This document shows, piece by piece, positions 18,407-25,863 of a stretch of 50,821 nt of DNA (position 1 is the stretch's first letter; every line of letters begins with the position of its first letter). The position numbers were made by a program, and so were the translations under genes. The stretch is from a virus, in the IMG/VR virus record IMGVR_UViG_3300014911_000395; one strand, given 5' to 3'. A model generated the notes under the pieces. It saw only the letters and a list, made by a program, of their open reading frames with translations. It was not told the origin of the DNA and did not search any database.

Positions 18407-18426
18407 ACTAATGAAATTTACTTGAT
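18240..18426 (+). ncRNA. Putative stand-alone TnpB omega-RNA (scaffold plus ~20-nt flank-derived guide)
   Basis: TTTAAATA box at 18209-18216; GTAA-loop hairpins; stems covary with the right-end RNA of element D. 5' boundary approximate. Confidence 0.6.
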
Positions 18427-18889
18427 GGTTTTACTTTGGATGTTTTTGCTTGACGGTCTTGAATTGTTTTATTTTAATCGTGCCATGTTTGTCTGGTTTG
18501 CCATATATGAGCATGTTTGTTTAAACTATCTTGGAAGGACATATTTGTCTGAAATGTCTTGAAAGAACATGTTTGACTGAAGTACGTTAGCATAAGCGGC
18601 TCGTTTGAGCTGTAAGGTCAGATACAATATTAATATAGCAGGCTCGCTTGTAGTACTTTGTGCTGTAAGGATACGAATTATTGTATATTTGATTTGTAGG
18701 TGTGATATGAATTGTTTGGTTATAAATTGTAAGTCTGATTTATTTTGTTTTGGAGAAAAATGTTTGATTGGCTTGATTTGTGCTGGATTGTTCGTTTGCT
18801 CTGTACGATACTGATGTAATGTGGAAGCTTGGCGTACTCTGCAAACCGTAAACCAACCAACACGTACAGGGATTTTCCACCCTATTTGG

Positions 18890-19597
18890 TTACTCACCTC
18901 CTCCGATCTTCTCAACCTTGACCTCACACTTGCCCATTCCCAAACTCCTATCTCCGAGGAAACCTATGTTGCCCATTATGTAGCCCATAGTCTTGAGGAT
19001 TTCCTTGGTAAAGAGCTTTCTTGACACGCTGTCAACGACCTCGATTACGAAGCTGAACTCAACTGGAGGCTCTAAGTATTCGAGGAGCTTGTAGCTACTC
19101 CTGCCACCCTTGGGCGTCATGACCTGTATCGGTCTCTTTAGAATTCCATCTGGCTCTCTGATAACTTTTCCGTCCCTCGTCAGGTAGATTTTGAACTTCT
19201 CGTTACCAACGAACGAGTCACCGTATGGGAAGACATAGACGCCGTGATTTATAGCCTCTCTGTATCCCCTCATCTTTAGAATTCTGAAGTGTTCCTTCAG
19301 CCAGCCTTTTACGTGTCTTTCCTCGATGTAAATTCCCGTCTTGTCTCTCAGGAAAACGTTTAGCTTATCCTCATCCTCTTCCTCAACCTCCATCTCTTCC
19401 TCTTCCATAGCTTCCATCGTTTCTACAAGTTCCTCCTCCATTTTCTTCTTTAGCTTCTCTGCCTCCTCATCAGTCATCTTCTCTTCCTTCTGAACCGTCC
19501 TTGCTATGTATGGTATCGCCGCCATGCTCGATGGGAAGTTGCCGACGGTCGTGTTCAGGGTCTTCACTTCAAACTTTATTTTCTCAAACCGTACCAT
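18890..19597 (-). CDS. Solitary Cas7-group RAMP-like protein (Csm3/Csf2-like)
   Basis: N-terminal strand then G-x-x-P; VFLRDKTGIYIEERHVKGWLK; VYVFP; RPIQVMTPKGGR thumb; EFSFVIEV; C-terminal G-rich loop GNIGFLGDRSLGMGKCEV. No other cas gene in the genome. Confidence 0.78.
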   Translation of the reverse strand: MVRFEKIKFEVKTLNTTVGNFPSSMAAIPYIARTVQKEEKMTDEEAEKLKKKMEEELVETMEAMEEEEMEVEEEDEDKLNVFLRDKTGIYIEERHVKGWLKEHFRILKMRGYREAINHGVYVFPYGDSFVGNEKFKIYLTRDGKVIREPDGILKRPIQVMTPKGGRSSYKLLEYLEPPVEFSFVIEVVDSVSRKLFTKEILKTMGYIMGNIGFLGDRSLGMGKCEVKVEKIGGGE

Positions 19598-19628
19598 CCT
19601 ATCACCAGTAAAAAATGGTTGGTAACGG

Positions 19629-19640
19629 TATAAAAAGGTT
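19629..19640 (-). promoter_or_regulatory. Promoter of the Cas7-like gene
   Basis: AACC-TTTTTATA on the minus strand about 32 nt upstream of the ATG; GGTGAT RBS. Confidence 0.55.
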
Positions 19641-19655
19641 ACGATTTACCATTCT

Positions 19656-19790
19656 CTACCGAATGTTCGGGAAGGTCATCAGCATCATCATTATGCCTAC
19701 TATTATGATAACCGTGCTATCACTGAGAAAACCTATCGCAGCAATGATTGCCGCCACACCTCTAATGACGTACTCAGCCTCGTCCCTCAC
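19656..19790 (-). CDS. Small membrane protein (not in ORF track)
   Basis: MRDEAEYVIRGVAAIIAAIGFLSDSTVIIIVGIMMLMTFPNIR; GGAGGGG RBS. Confidence 0.5.
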   Translation of the reverse strand: MRDEAEYVIRGVAAIIAAIGFLSDSTVIIIVGIMMMLMTFPNIR

Positions 19791-19905
19791 TCCCCTCCCC
19801 TCTTAACTCTCTCTATCCAGTCCTCTAAATCTCCTTTAGCCATTAACTCAATTAAATTATTCAAAACTATATCTACTTCTTCAGGAGTTAACTTCCTCAC
19901 CCATA

Positions 19906-21411
19906 TCACCTCCAATATTTTTTCTTCTTTAACGCATCCAACAACTCGTCTACCGATATGCCCTTATCTTCAGCCGCTTCAGTTAACATTCTGATTATGA
20001 GTTCTTCTTTTACTCTTGTTTCAATCATCTTTAGCTCTTCTTCACTAATTCTTGGCTTAGCACTCTTGTGTAGCACTTCTTCTATTGTTTTTTCAACCTC
20101 TCCCTTATCGTATGTCAGCGGGTCGATGTATATGTTGTAATCTTTCGCTATTTCATAAGCGTCTTTAGGCTTCATGAGATCTATATACACGTCAAATGGA
20201 ACTTTTGAGGTTGATTCCCATCCACCTCTTTTTCTAACTTCATCTCTTACTTTTTCTCTAACGTAACCCATATTGTACAAAACAGACGCAAAGGTATGTC
20301 TAAAATCGTAGAACGAAAACTTTGAGATACCCCATTGCTTCAAGATGGGAGATATTTCACTTGCTATGGTCTGTAAGTTCCTTTCTGAAAATCCTTTACC
20401 AAATAGCCTATCTTTCTCTTTAAGTTTGTGGTACTCAATATAGTCTTTCAAATCATCGACCAAGCTGACAGGTAGATATATGTAATCTGCAACATCTTTT
20501 GATGAAAGCACACCACCCGATAAAATTTTCTCTCTTTCGACTATTTTCTTTGCTGGAATCTCGTAGTACTCAACTTTGAACGCTGGACACGTTACGATTT
20601 TGTACCATTCATCAGCATTGGTTATATCCGATACTCTGAATGATTCTACAAATTGACCATAACGCATTCCTGCTGATAATAAACACCTACCGAGCAATGT
20701 TAATACACCCCTTCTGTATCCAGCCAGTTTTCTCAGTCCAAGAACTGTAAATATCTTATCAAGCTCCTCAGCCCTTCTTGGCGTACCTTTTCTCCTTTCA
20801 GAGCGTCTTTTAGCCTTTTTGGATATGTATATCGGAAAGAACGTTACTTCTTTATACCTATCCTTTAGAAACTCTCCAAAAGCTCTTATACACCCATAGT
20901 TCTTGTTTCTCGTTGAAAGTCCCTTCTCTATTATTTCCATTTTCTCTCTAACAAGGGTTACTGGAAATGTGGTTTCAATGAATTCTTTAAGGTCAAGTTC
21001 TGTAAAGTTGGCAATATCAAAATCAGTTATTCTTACTGGTCTCTTTCCATGTAGCTTGTTGCGGTATATCCATTCTACAAGCTTGAATACTGAACGTCTA
21101 AAGTGTTTTTTCTTGTAATCTAACGCCTTACTTTCAATTATTGCTGTTAAAAAGTTATTCAACGCATCTGCTACCCGCTCATCGATTACACCTCTCCTAA
21201 CCATGTCCTCTATGATTGCCCTTGTTTCTTTAACGTAGTACTTTTCCTTGTTTTGGAACATGCTTTCAGCTTTGGACGTTACTTCTCCAAGTAGTCTCGA
21301 TTTGGTCTTTTCAGGCAAGCTCGAATTCGTAATTTCAATCCTCAAGTTTATTAGAGCATCCATTGACTTTGCTTTTTGAATCCTATTTAAAAAATCCTTA
21401 TACTGGTTCAT
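19906..21411 (-). CDS. int: Tyrosine recombinase / integrase with long N-terminal region
   Basis: LLSAGMRYGQ (Arg I), FYDFRHTFASVL (H-x-x-R box with Y for H), GGW, DVYIDL (catalytic Tyr). Confidence 0.85.
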   Translation of the reverse strand: MNQYKDFLNRIQKAKSMDALINLRIEITNSSLPEKTKSRLLGEVTSKAESMFQNKEKYYVKETRAIIEDMVRRGVIDERVADALNNFLTAIIESKALDYKKKHFRRSVFKLVEWIYRNKLHGKRPVRITDFDIANFTELDLKEFIETTFPVTLVREKMEIIEKGLSTRNKNYGCIRAFGEFLKDRYKEVTFFPIYISKKAKRRSERRKGTPRRAEELDKIFTVLGLRKLAGYRRGVLTLLGRCLLSAGMRYGQFVESFRVSDITNADEWYKIVTCPAFKVEYYEIPAKKIVEREKILSGGVLSSKDVADYIYLPVSLVDDLKDYIEYHKLKEKDRLFGKGFSERNLQTIASEISPILKQWGISKFSFYDFRHTFASVLYNMGYVREKVRDEVRKRGGWESTSKVPFDVYIDLMKPKDAYEIAKDYNIYIDPLTYDKGEVEKTIEEVLHKSAKPRISEEELKMIETRVKEELIIRMLTEAAEDKGISVDELLDALKKKKYWR

Positions 21412-21638
21412 TTTCCACCTCCCTCAAGTTTTTTGTCTATCATATCCCATAACACTTTTTTGTCATCTATGGATAAATCTTCGTTAAATCGTATTCCATC
21501 TGCAATTACTCGTAACTCATCTCTCCAGTCTTCGAATATTAACTCGGCATTATCTATCAAAGATTCGTAATCTGAGAACGTCAGTGATTCATAGGGATGT
21601 TTGTATTTCCTTCCAAGCAACCAATCGAGTAGCCCCAT
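21408..21638 (-). CDS. Hypothetical protein
   Basis: 76-aa ORF, GGAGG RBS, coupled to int. Confidence 0.55.
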   Translation of the reverse strand: MGLLDWLLGRKYKHPYESLTFSDYESLIDNAELIFEDWRDELRVIADGIRFNEDLSIDDKKVLWDMIDKKLEGGGK

Positions 21639-21676
21639 TTTGACATCCTCCCACTATATCTATTGTCAGAAAATTA

Positions 21677-22000
21677 TTAAGTTTTTCTACCTATCAACCC
21701 GAACAACTTACCCTTTTTCTGCTCTGTTTGTTCCTCTGTTTTTTTCTTTCGTGGCTTATGCTCTCTGATTGACCAGATGTAACGTCTAATGTTTCCTCCA
21801 TAGTAAACAACGTATTTCTTGACTTTGCACTCTTTCTCAAGCTCTCTAAGTAGATTTCCAACATGAACGGTTGTTAGTCCAAGAACTTCTGCTATCTCCT
21901 GTATCGTTTTATGTCCATCCTGAATTGCTTGTAGTATCTCTCTCTTTCTTGCGGGCTTAATCCATCCTTTGTTTTTCTTCCACCCCCTTTTTGGTGGCAT
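21677..22000 (-). CDS. Winged helix-turn-helix regulator
   Basis: REILQAIQDGHKTIQEIAEVLGLTTVHVGNLLRELEKECKV followed by wing strands. Confidence 0.85.
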   Translation of the reverse strand: MPPKRGWKKNKGWIKPARKREILQAIQDGHKTIQEIAEVLGLTTVHVGNLLRELEKECKVKKYVVYYGGNIRRYIWSIREHKPRKKKTEEQTEQKKGKLFGLIGRKT

Positions 22001-22161
22001 TACTTTTTCCTCTAACCCTATGGTATATATAGGTTACGATACCCTATCTCAACCGCTTTTTAACTCACTCGGCGAGAAGTCCCCTTCCGAAAGGGAGGGG
22101 ATACAGTAGGGGAGGTGGGCGGGTAAGGTTTAAATACTTTAAGCTATTAAAAATATAATAG

Positions 22162-22632
22162 ATGAAATTTGAGAAAGTAAGAGAACCAACAAAAATTACA
22201 TACGACAAGTTCAGCAGAGAAAGAATAGTTAAGATTTCGGAACTCTGCCAATATTGTCCAAACGAGAATTGTGAAGGATACTATCGTAGAGATGCTCCCA
22301 ATGCTTGTCTAACATTCTATGCGTGGAAAGATGGCGAACTAACACTGGAACAAGCAATTAAAGCAAAGTACAAGCAAAATGAGAGACACCATAAAACTGA
22401 TCCAATAAGAGATCTGATCTTTGGATGGCTTGAAGATCAGTGTTTCGATTATGAAGATCGTGTTCTTGCTGGTTCTGTTGCATCGGAGATTGTCAAAGGC
22501 GTACCAATTAAGGAAGCTCTGAAAGGTACGCCTTTCTACTTAAGCAATGTACAAATTCAAATAATCAAACAAAAGTTGAAAGGGGTAGGAGTATATGTTC
22601 AAAACTCAGAAAAACCACATCAGATGCAATAA
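22162..22632 (+). CDS. Passenger protein of element D with a Cys cluster
   Basis: 156 aa, C-x2-C-x4-C-x11-C; lies between the left-end promoter and tnpB; no HUH or serine-recombinase motifs. Confidence 0.65.
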   Translation: MKFEKVREPTKITYDKFSRERIVKISELCQYCPNENCEGYYRRDAPNACLTFYAWKDGELTLEQAIKAKYKQNERHHKTDPIRDLIFGWLEDQCFDYEDRVLAGSVASEIVKGVPIKEALKGTPFYLSNVQIQIIKQKLKGVGVYVQNSEKPHQMQ

Positions 22633-23854
22633 GAAAACATATAGGATTCTTAGAATGCTTACTCGACTCTCCAAAAACCTATACAACTTCACCCTTTATA
22701 CTATTAGACAGTACTACTTCAACAACGGGAAGTACCTTCCCTATGAACAAGCTTACCACTTGGTCAAGCAAAACGAGAACTATCAACTGCTCCCTTCACA
22801 GGTAGCTCAGCAAACAATGAAAGTCGTTGACAGATGCATGAAATCTTTTTTCAGGCTTCTAAAAGAGAGAAAGAAAGGCAATTACAACCGTCCTATACAT
22901 CTTCCAAGATACTTGTCTAAGAATGGATACTTTGTCTGCATCTTTCAAAAAGATATGTTCAAGGTTAATGGAAACAAGATTAGGTTGTCATTAGGTAGAA
23001 ACTTCGCAAAGAAGTTTGACGTTAGATTTCTGGAGTTTAAGCTCCCACCAACCGTTGTCGGTAAAAAGATTAAGGAGGTGAGAGTCCTACCTCGTTGTAG
23101 GGGTTTGTGGTTCGAGATAGAGTATGTGTATGAGGTAGAACCAGAAAAGGTGGATTTAGACTACAGTAACTACTTAGCGATTGACTTAGGCTTGGATAAC
23201 TTTGCCACCTGCGTTTCCACCAGCGGGACTCCCTTCATTATTGAGGGGAGGGGTTTAAAGTCTTTCAACCGCTGGTGGAACGCAAAGAAAGCAAAACTAC
23301 AATCAATATATGACAAGCAAGGGATAAAGATGGGCAAAAAGATGGCTTGGCTTTTGAGAAAGCGTAAAAACGTAGTGAACAACTTCATGAATCAGGCTGT
23401 GAACTACATCGCCAAATACTGTCTAAGCAACAGGATTGGCAATATCGTAATCGGAGAGCTTAAAGAAATTAAGCAAAACATAAAACTCGGCAGGAAAAAC
23501 AACCAAAACTTTCAATACATTCCTTACGGTTTGTTCAAACAAAAACTCAAATCAAAGTGCGAATATTACGGGATAAATTACATCGAAGTTGATGAAGCTT
23601 ACACGTCTCAGACTTGCTCAATCTGCGGAGACGTAAATAAAAACAACAGAAAACATAGAGGTCTATACGTTTGCAGGAAGTGTGGTTTCGTTGTGAATGC
23701 CGATGTCAACGGTGCTTTGAATATCTTAAAGAAAGTAGCCCCCGAATCCGTAAGGATAGGGGGTAGCGGCGGTGTGAACCCGCCCGTGAGGATAAGGGTG
23801 GTGGATTTCCGCCACCAAACTCCTCACGAAGCCCCGTCCGCAAGGGCGGGGTAG
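22595..23854 (+). CDS. tnpB: TnpB RNA-guided nuclease
   Basis: SKNLYN...RQYYF, LAIDLGLDN, IVIGEL/VDEAYTSQTCSIC, CRKC, NADVNGALNI. Confidence 0.95.
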   Translation: MFKTQKNHIRCNKKTYRILRMLTRLSKNLYNFTLYTIRQYYFNNGKYLPYEQAYHLVKQNENYQLLPSQVAQQTMKVVDRCMKSFFRLLKERKKGNYNRPIHLPRYLSKNGYFVCIFQKDMFKVNGNKIRLSLGRNFAKKFDVRFLEFKLPPTVVGKKIKEVRVLPRCRGLWFEIEYVYEVEPEKVDLDYSNYLAIDLGLDNFATCVSTSGTPFIIEGRGLKSFNRWWNAKKAKLQSIYDKQGIKMGKKMAWLLRKRKNVVNNFMNQAVNYIAKYCLSNRIGNIVIGELKEIKQNIKLGRKNNQNFQYIPYGLFKQKLKSKCEYYGINYIEVDEAYTSQTCSICGDVNKNNRKHRGLYVCRKCGFVVNADVNGALNILKKVAPESVRIGGSGGVNPPVRIRVVDFRHQTPHEAPSARAG

Positions 23855-23865
23855 TTCACTTTCGA

Positions 23866-24255
23866 TTAGGAGTGTATGTGAATTATGATCCAGCTTGCTA
23901 TTGCACCCATCACCGACCCGATAGAGGTTGATAGCAACACCGTCCAGAAGGTAGCCTTAAGGTTTCTCCTCGAAAACTCGAATGTTTTAACGTCGGATAT
24001 TAGCTCATTCTTCCAATTCTCCAAATTTTTTACCCTGTCTGGTATATCCAAGTCGTCCATATTTCTTACCCATTTTTCAACATTATGTAACCGCTCCTCA
24101 ATGTTATTCTGCCTTTCGTCCCACCTTGCCTGCCACTCGATTGTTCTAAGATGAAATTTCTTTAAGTCAGCTACCTCCTGACATAGCATTGATATTTTTA
24201 CGCTCAGCTTAGCAAGCTCCCTCGCAACTGGGTTTTTCTCATCTTTGTCACTCAT
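23866..24255 (-). CDS. Coiled-coil protein with C-terminal transmembrane helix
   Basis: Heptad-rich body; FWTVLLSTSIGSVMGAIASWIII. Confidence 0.65.
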   Translation of the reverse strand: MSDKDEKNPVARELAKLSVKISMLCQEVADLKKFHLRTIEWQARWDERQNNIEERLHNVEKWVRNMDDLDIPDRVKNLENWKNELISDVKTFEFSRRNLKATFWTVLLSTSIGSVMGAIASWIIIHIHS

Positions 24256-24572
24256 GTTCTCTCCAGTTCTTCAATATCTTCGAGTGAAACGTTGTCGAAC
24301 CAGACGGCTTTCATTGGTGGTTGCTCTCTTCCCCAGCACACCATCAGTACCATGAACTTGTTTGGATGTTCTGGGTCGGGAAATCTATTACCCGCATAGC
24401 GAGTTTTGAACATTGGATAGCCTCCACGCCTGATACATTCTTCTCTAATTCTCTCCATGTTGCTCCAGTCTATGGCTGCCATCTTTGCTCTCTTATACAT
24501 GTTGTTGTAGATTATCTTAGCCCAAACTTCAATCCAAGGCAATTCTTCCTTCCTTAATTCGTATGTCGGCAT
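24252..24572 (-). CDS. Hypothetical protein
   Basis: Start moved to ATG 24572 after AGGAGGT. Confidence 0.6.
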   Translation of the reverse strand: MPTYELRKEELPWIEVWAKIIYNNMYKRAKMAAIDWSNMERIREECIRRGGYPMFKTRYAGNRFPDPEHPNKFMVLMVCWGREQPPMKAVWFDNVSLEDIEELERT

Positions 24573-24582
24573 TTTATACCTC

Positions 24583-24720
24583 CTAATGCGTTTCAAGGTA
24601 TTTTCCAAGCCATCTGTAAAATATCGTAGCCAAGAACGTGATAACTGCCGCTATCACTGCGTAAATCATCGTATCCTTCCATTCCTCTTGCGTAAACACT
24701 CCGAGCTTTTTTTCTGCCAT
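24583..24720 (-). CDS. Small single-TM protein (not in ORF track)
   Basis: MAEKKLGVFTQEEWKDTMIYAVIAAVITFLATIFYRWLGKYLETH. Confidence 0.55.
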   Translation of the reverse strand: MAEKKLGVFTQEEWKDTMIYAVIAAVITFLATIFYRWLGKYLETH

Positions 24721-24721
24721 G

Positions 24722-24898
24722 CTACTTGAAGAATCTGTATATCTTGACAATAGCCATCAGTGCAACCACCAGCAGTATCAGGTACAAAAAGCCCTTCACT
24801 GGCGTTACTAACTCCTCCTGCGGTTTACCCAGCAACAGGCTTAACGCACTCGCAATCCCATTCGCAAACTGGTCTATTATATCTCCAACCACCTTCAC
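24722..24898 (-). CDS. Small single-TM protein (not in ORF track)
   Basis: GTG start after AGGAGG; ...GFLYLILLVVALMAIVKIYRFFK. Confidence 0.55.
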   Translation of the reverse strand: MKVVGDIIDQFANGIASALSLLLGKPQEELVTPVKGFLYLILLVVALMAIVKIYRFFK

Positions 24899-24909
24899 CA
24901 CCTCCTTTT

Positions 24910-25863
24910 TTATTTCAACAACGATATAAAGAACATTAACCCAAATATCGCACCGATTGCTGTTGCTATCGCCCTAACTTGGTCTGCTGGCATTCCAAGC
25001 ATTTCTCCCAAGCTCTCCCAAATAGTTTTTGTTGCTGGCTTTTCACCCTGTTGAGTTGCCTTAACGATTGAAGCATACTGGTCTGAGGATATTACTCCCT
25101 TATCAGCAAGTTCTTTAGAACCAGTTACTATCTCGTACTCTGTCATAGCTTCTATCTTTCTCGCAGTTGCAGATTCCCTTAAACTTGCTGAGTAACAATA
25201 TACAGCACCACCAATTAGCAATGCCAGTAATACTATCACGAACGATGTTATGAAAGACACTGGCGAACTCGTCTTTTTTAGAAATACAAATACCCACCCT
25301 TCATTCTCTGGTACTGTGCCAACTGGCGTTTTAGCTCCTTCGAGATACAATGCTGGTGAGCCTACAAGTTGCCAGCCCATATTACTGCCAAAGTAATTCA
25401 CCGTCTTTGTAAATGCAGTTGTTACAGCCGAATTCAACGTTGACCTAATCCAATCCCATCTTGGCGTTAATCCTATAACTGGAGCTAACTTTAGAACTAC
25501 ATAGTGTGTTGCTTCTGGTGGTATCGATATTGTTGATGGGTTTGCTTTAACTGTTATACTCTTCGTAGAGCCATTAGCAGTTATTTTTAGTGTTCTCGAC
25601 TGAGTATCTCTAAACGTGTAGTACTCTGTAACCGTTACACTTTGTCCAGCCCCAATATAAACAGATTTTAATCCGAATTTTTCTCCATTGATTGTAAATT
25701 CATATTGACAGTAACCATCAGCAGTTCCAGTGTTCTTTATCGAGGCATTAAACTTAACCTGACCGCCTACATAGTATATGCTCGGTTCTACCCATAATTT
25801 CTCTACCACAAATTGAGCCTGTCCAACTTCTTTAACTCTGAGATGGTACACCATCTCTAACAC
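24910..25863 (-). CDS. Ig-like (CARDB-like) membrane-anchored protein
   Basis: Beta domain shared with 25857..26840 (GYCQYEF..NG.KFG.KSVYIGAGQS.TVT.YYTFRD); two hydrophobic helices. Confidence 0.7.
   Translation of the reverse strand: MLEMVYHLRVKEVGQAQFVVEKLWVEPSIYYVGGQVKFNASIKNTGTADGYCQYEFTINGEKFGLKSVYIGAGQSVTVTEYYTFRDTQSRTLKITANGSTKSITVKANPSTISIPPEATHYVVLKLAPVIGLTPRWDWIRSTLNSAVTTAFTKTVNYFGSNMGWQLVGSPALYLEGAKTPVGTVPENEGWVFVFLKKTSSPVSFITSFVIVLLALLIGGAVYCYSASLRESATARKIEAMTEYEIVTGSKELADKGVISSDQYASIVKATQQGEKPATKTIWESLGEMLGMPADQVRAIATAIGAIFGLMFFISLLK

Larger units (their letters stand above)
17460..18889 (-). ncRNA. Putative structured or guide RNA array with pentamer-periodic CAR-NN motifs (interrupted by the miniature IS)
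   Basis: No credible ORF in an otherwise gene-dense genome; strong C/A skew on the minus strand; at least 20 CAR-NN-CAR pairs by manual count, e.g. CAATC CAGCA CAAAT CAAGC CAATC at 18790-18766. Confidence 0.55.
22064..23859 (+). mobile_element. IS605/IS1341-type element D (passenger gene + tnpB, no tnpA)
   Basis: Follows TTAA (22060-22063); AAGT guide plus CCCCTTCC-GAAA-GGGAGGGG hairpin; right end GAAG-CCCCGTCC-GCAA-GGGCGGGG-TAGTTCAC. Confidence 0.88.

Noticed and set aside
17460-18889. TIGR-type array or canonical CRISPR array
   Set aside because: No fixed ~36-nt unit, no long conserved repeat beyond one duplication, no Nop-domain or Cas1/Cas6 gene seen.
17460-18889. GGY-NN periodicity
   Set aside because: Checked both strands by eye; only scattered GGT, the periodic triplet is CAR (minus) / YTG (plus).
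18526-18927. 133-aa minus-strand ORF following the Cas7-like gene
   Set aside because: Q/T/N/S/K-rich composition is what CAR-NN DNA yields on translation; no recognisable fold. Treated as a by-product, although a GTG start after GGAGGT exists.
19600-22060. tRNA gene or tRNA-derived attP near the integrase
   Set aside because: No cloverleaf or T-arm consensus visible by eye; tRNAscan-SE would be needed to exclude it.
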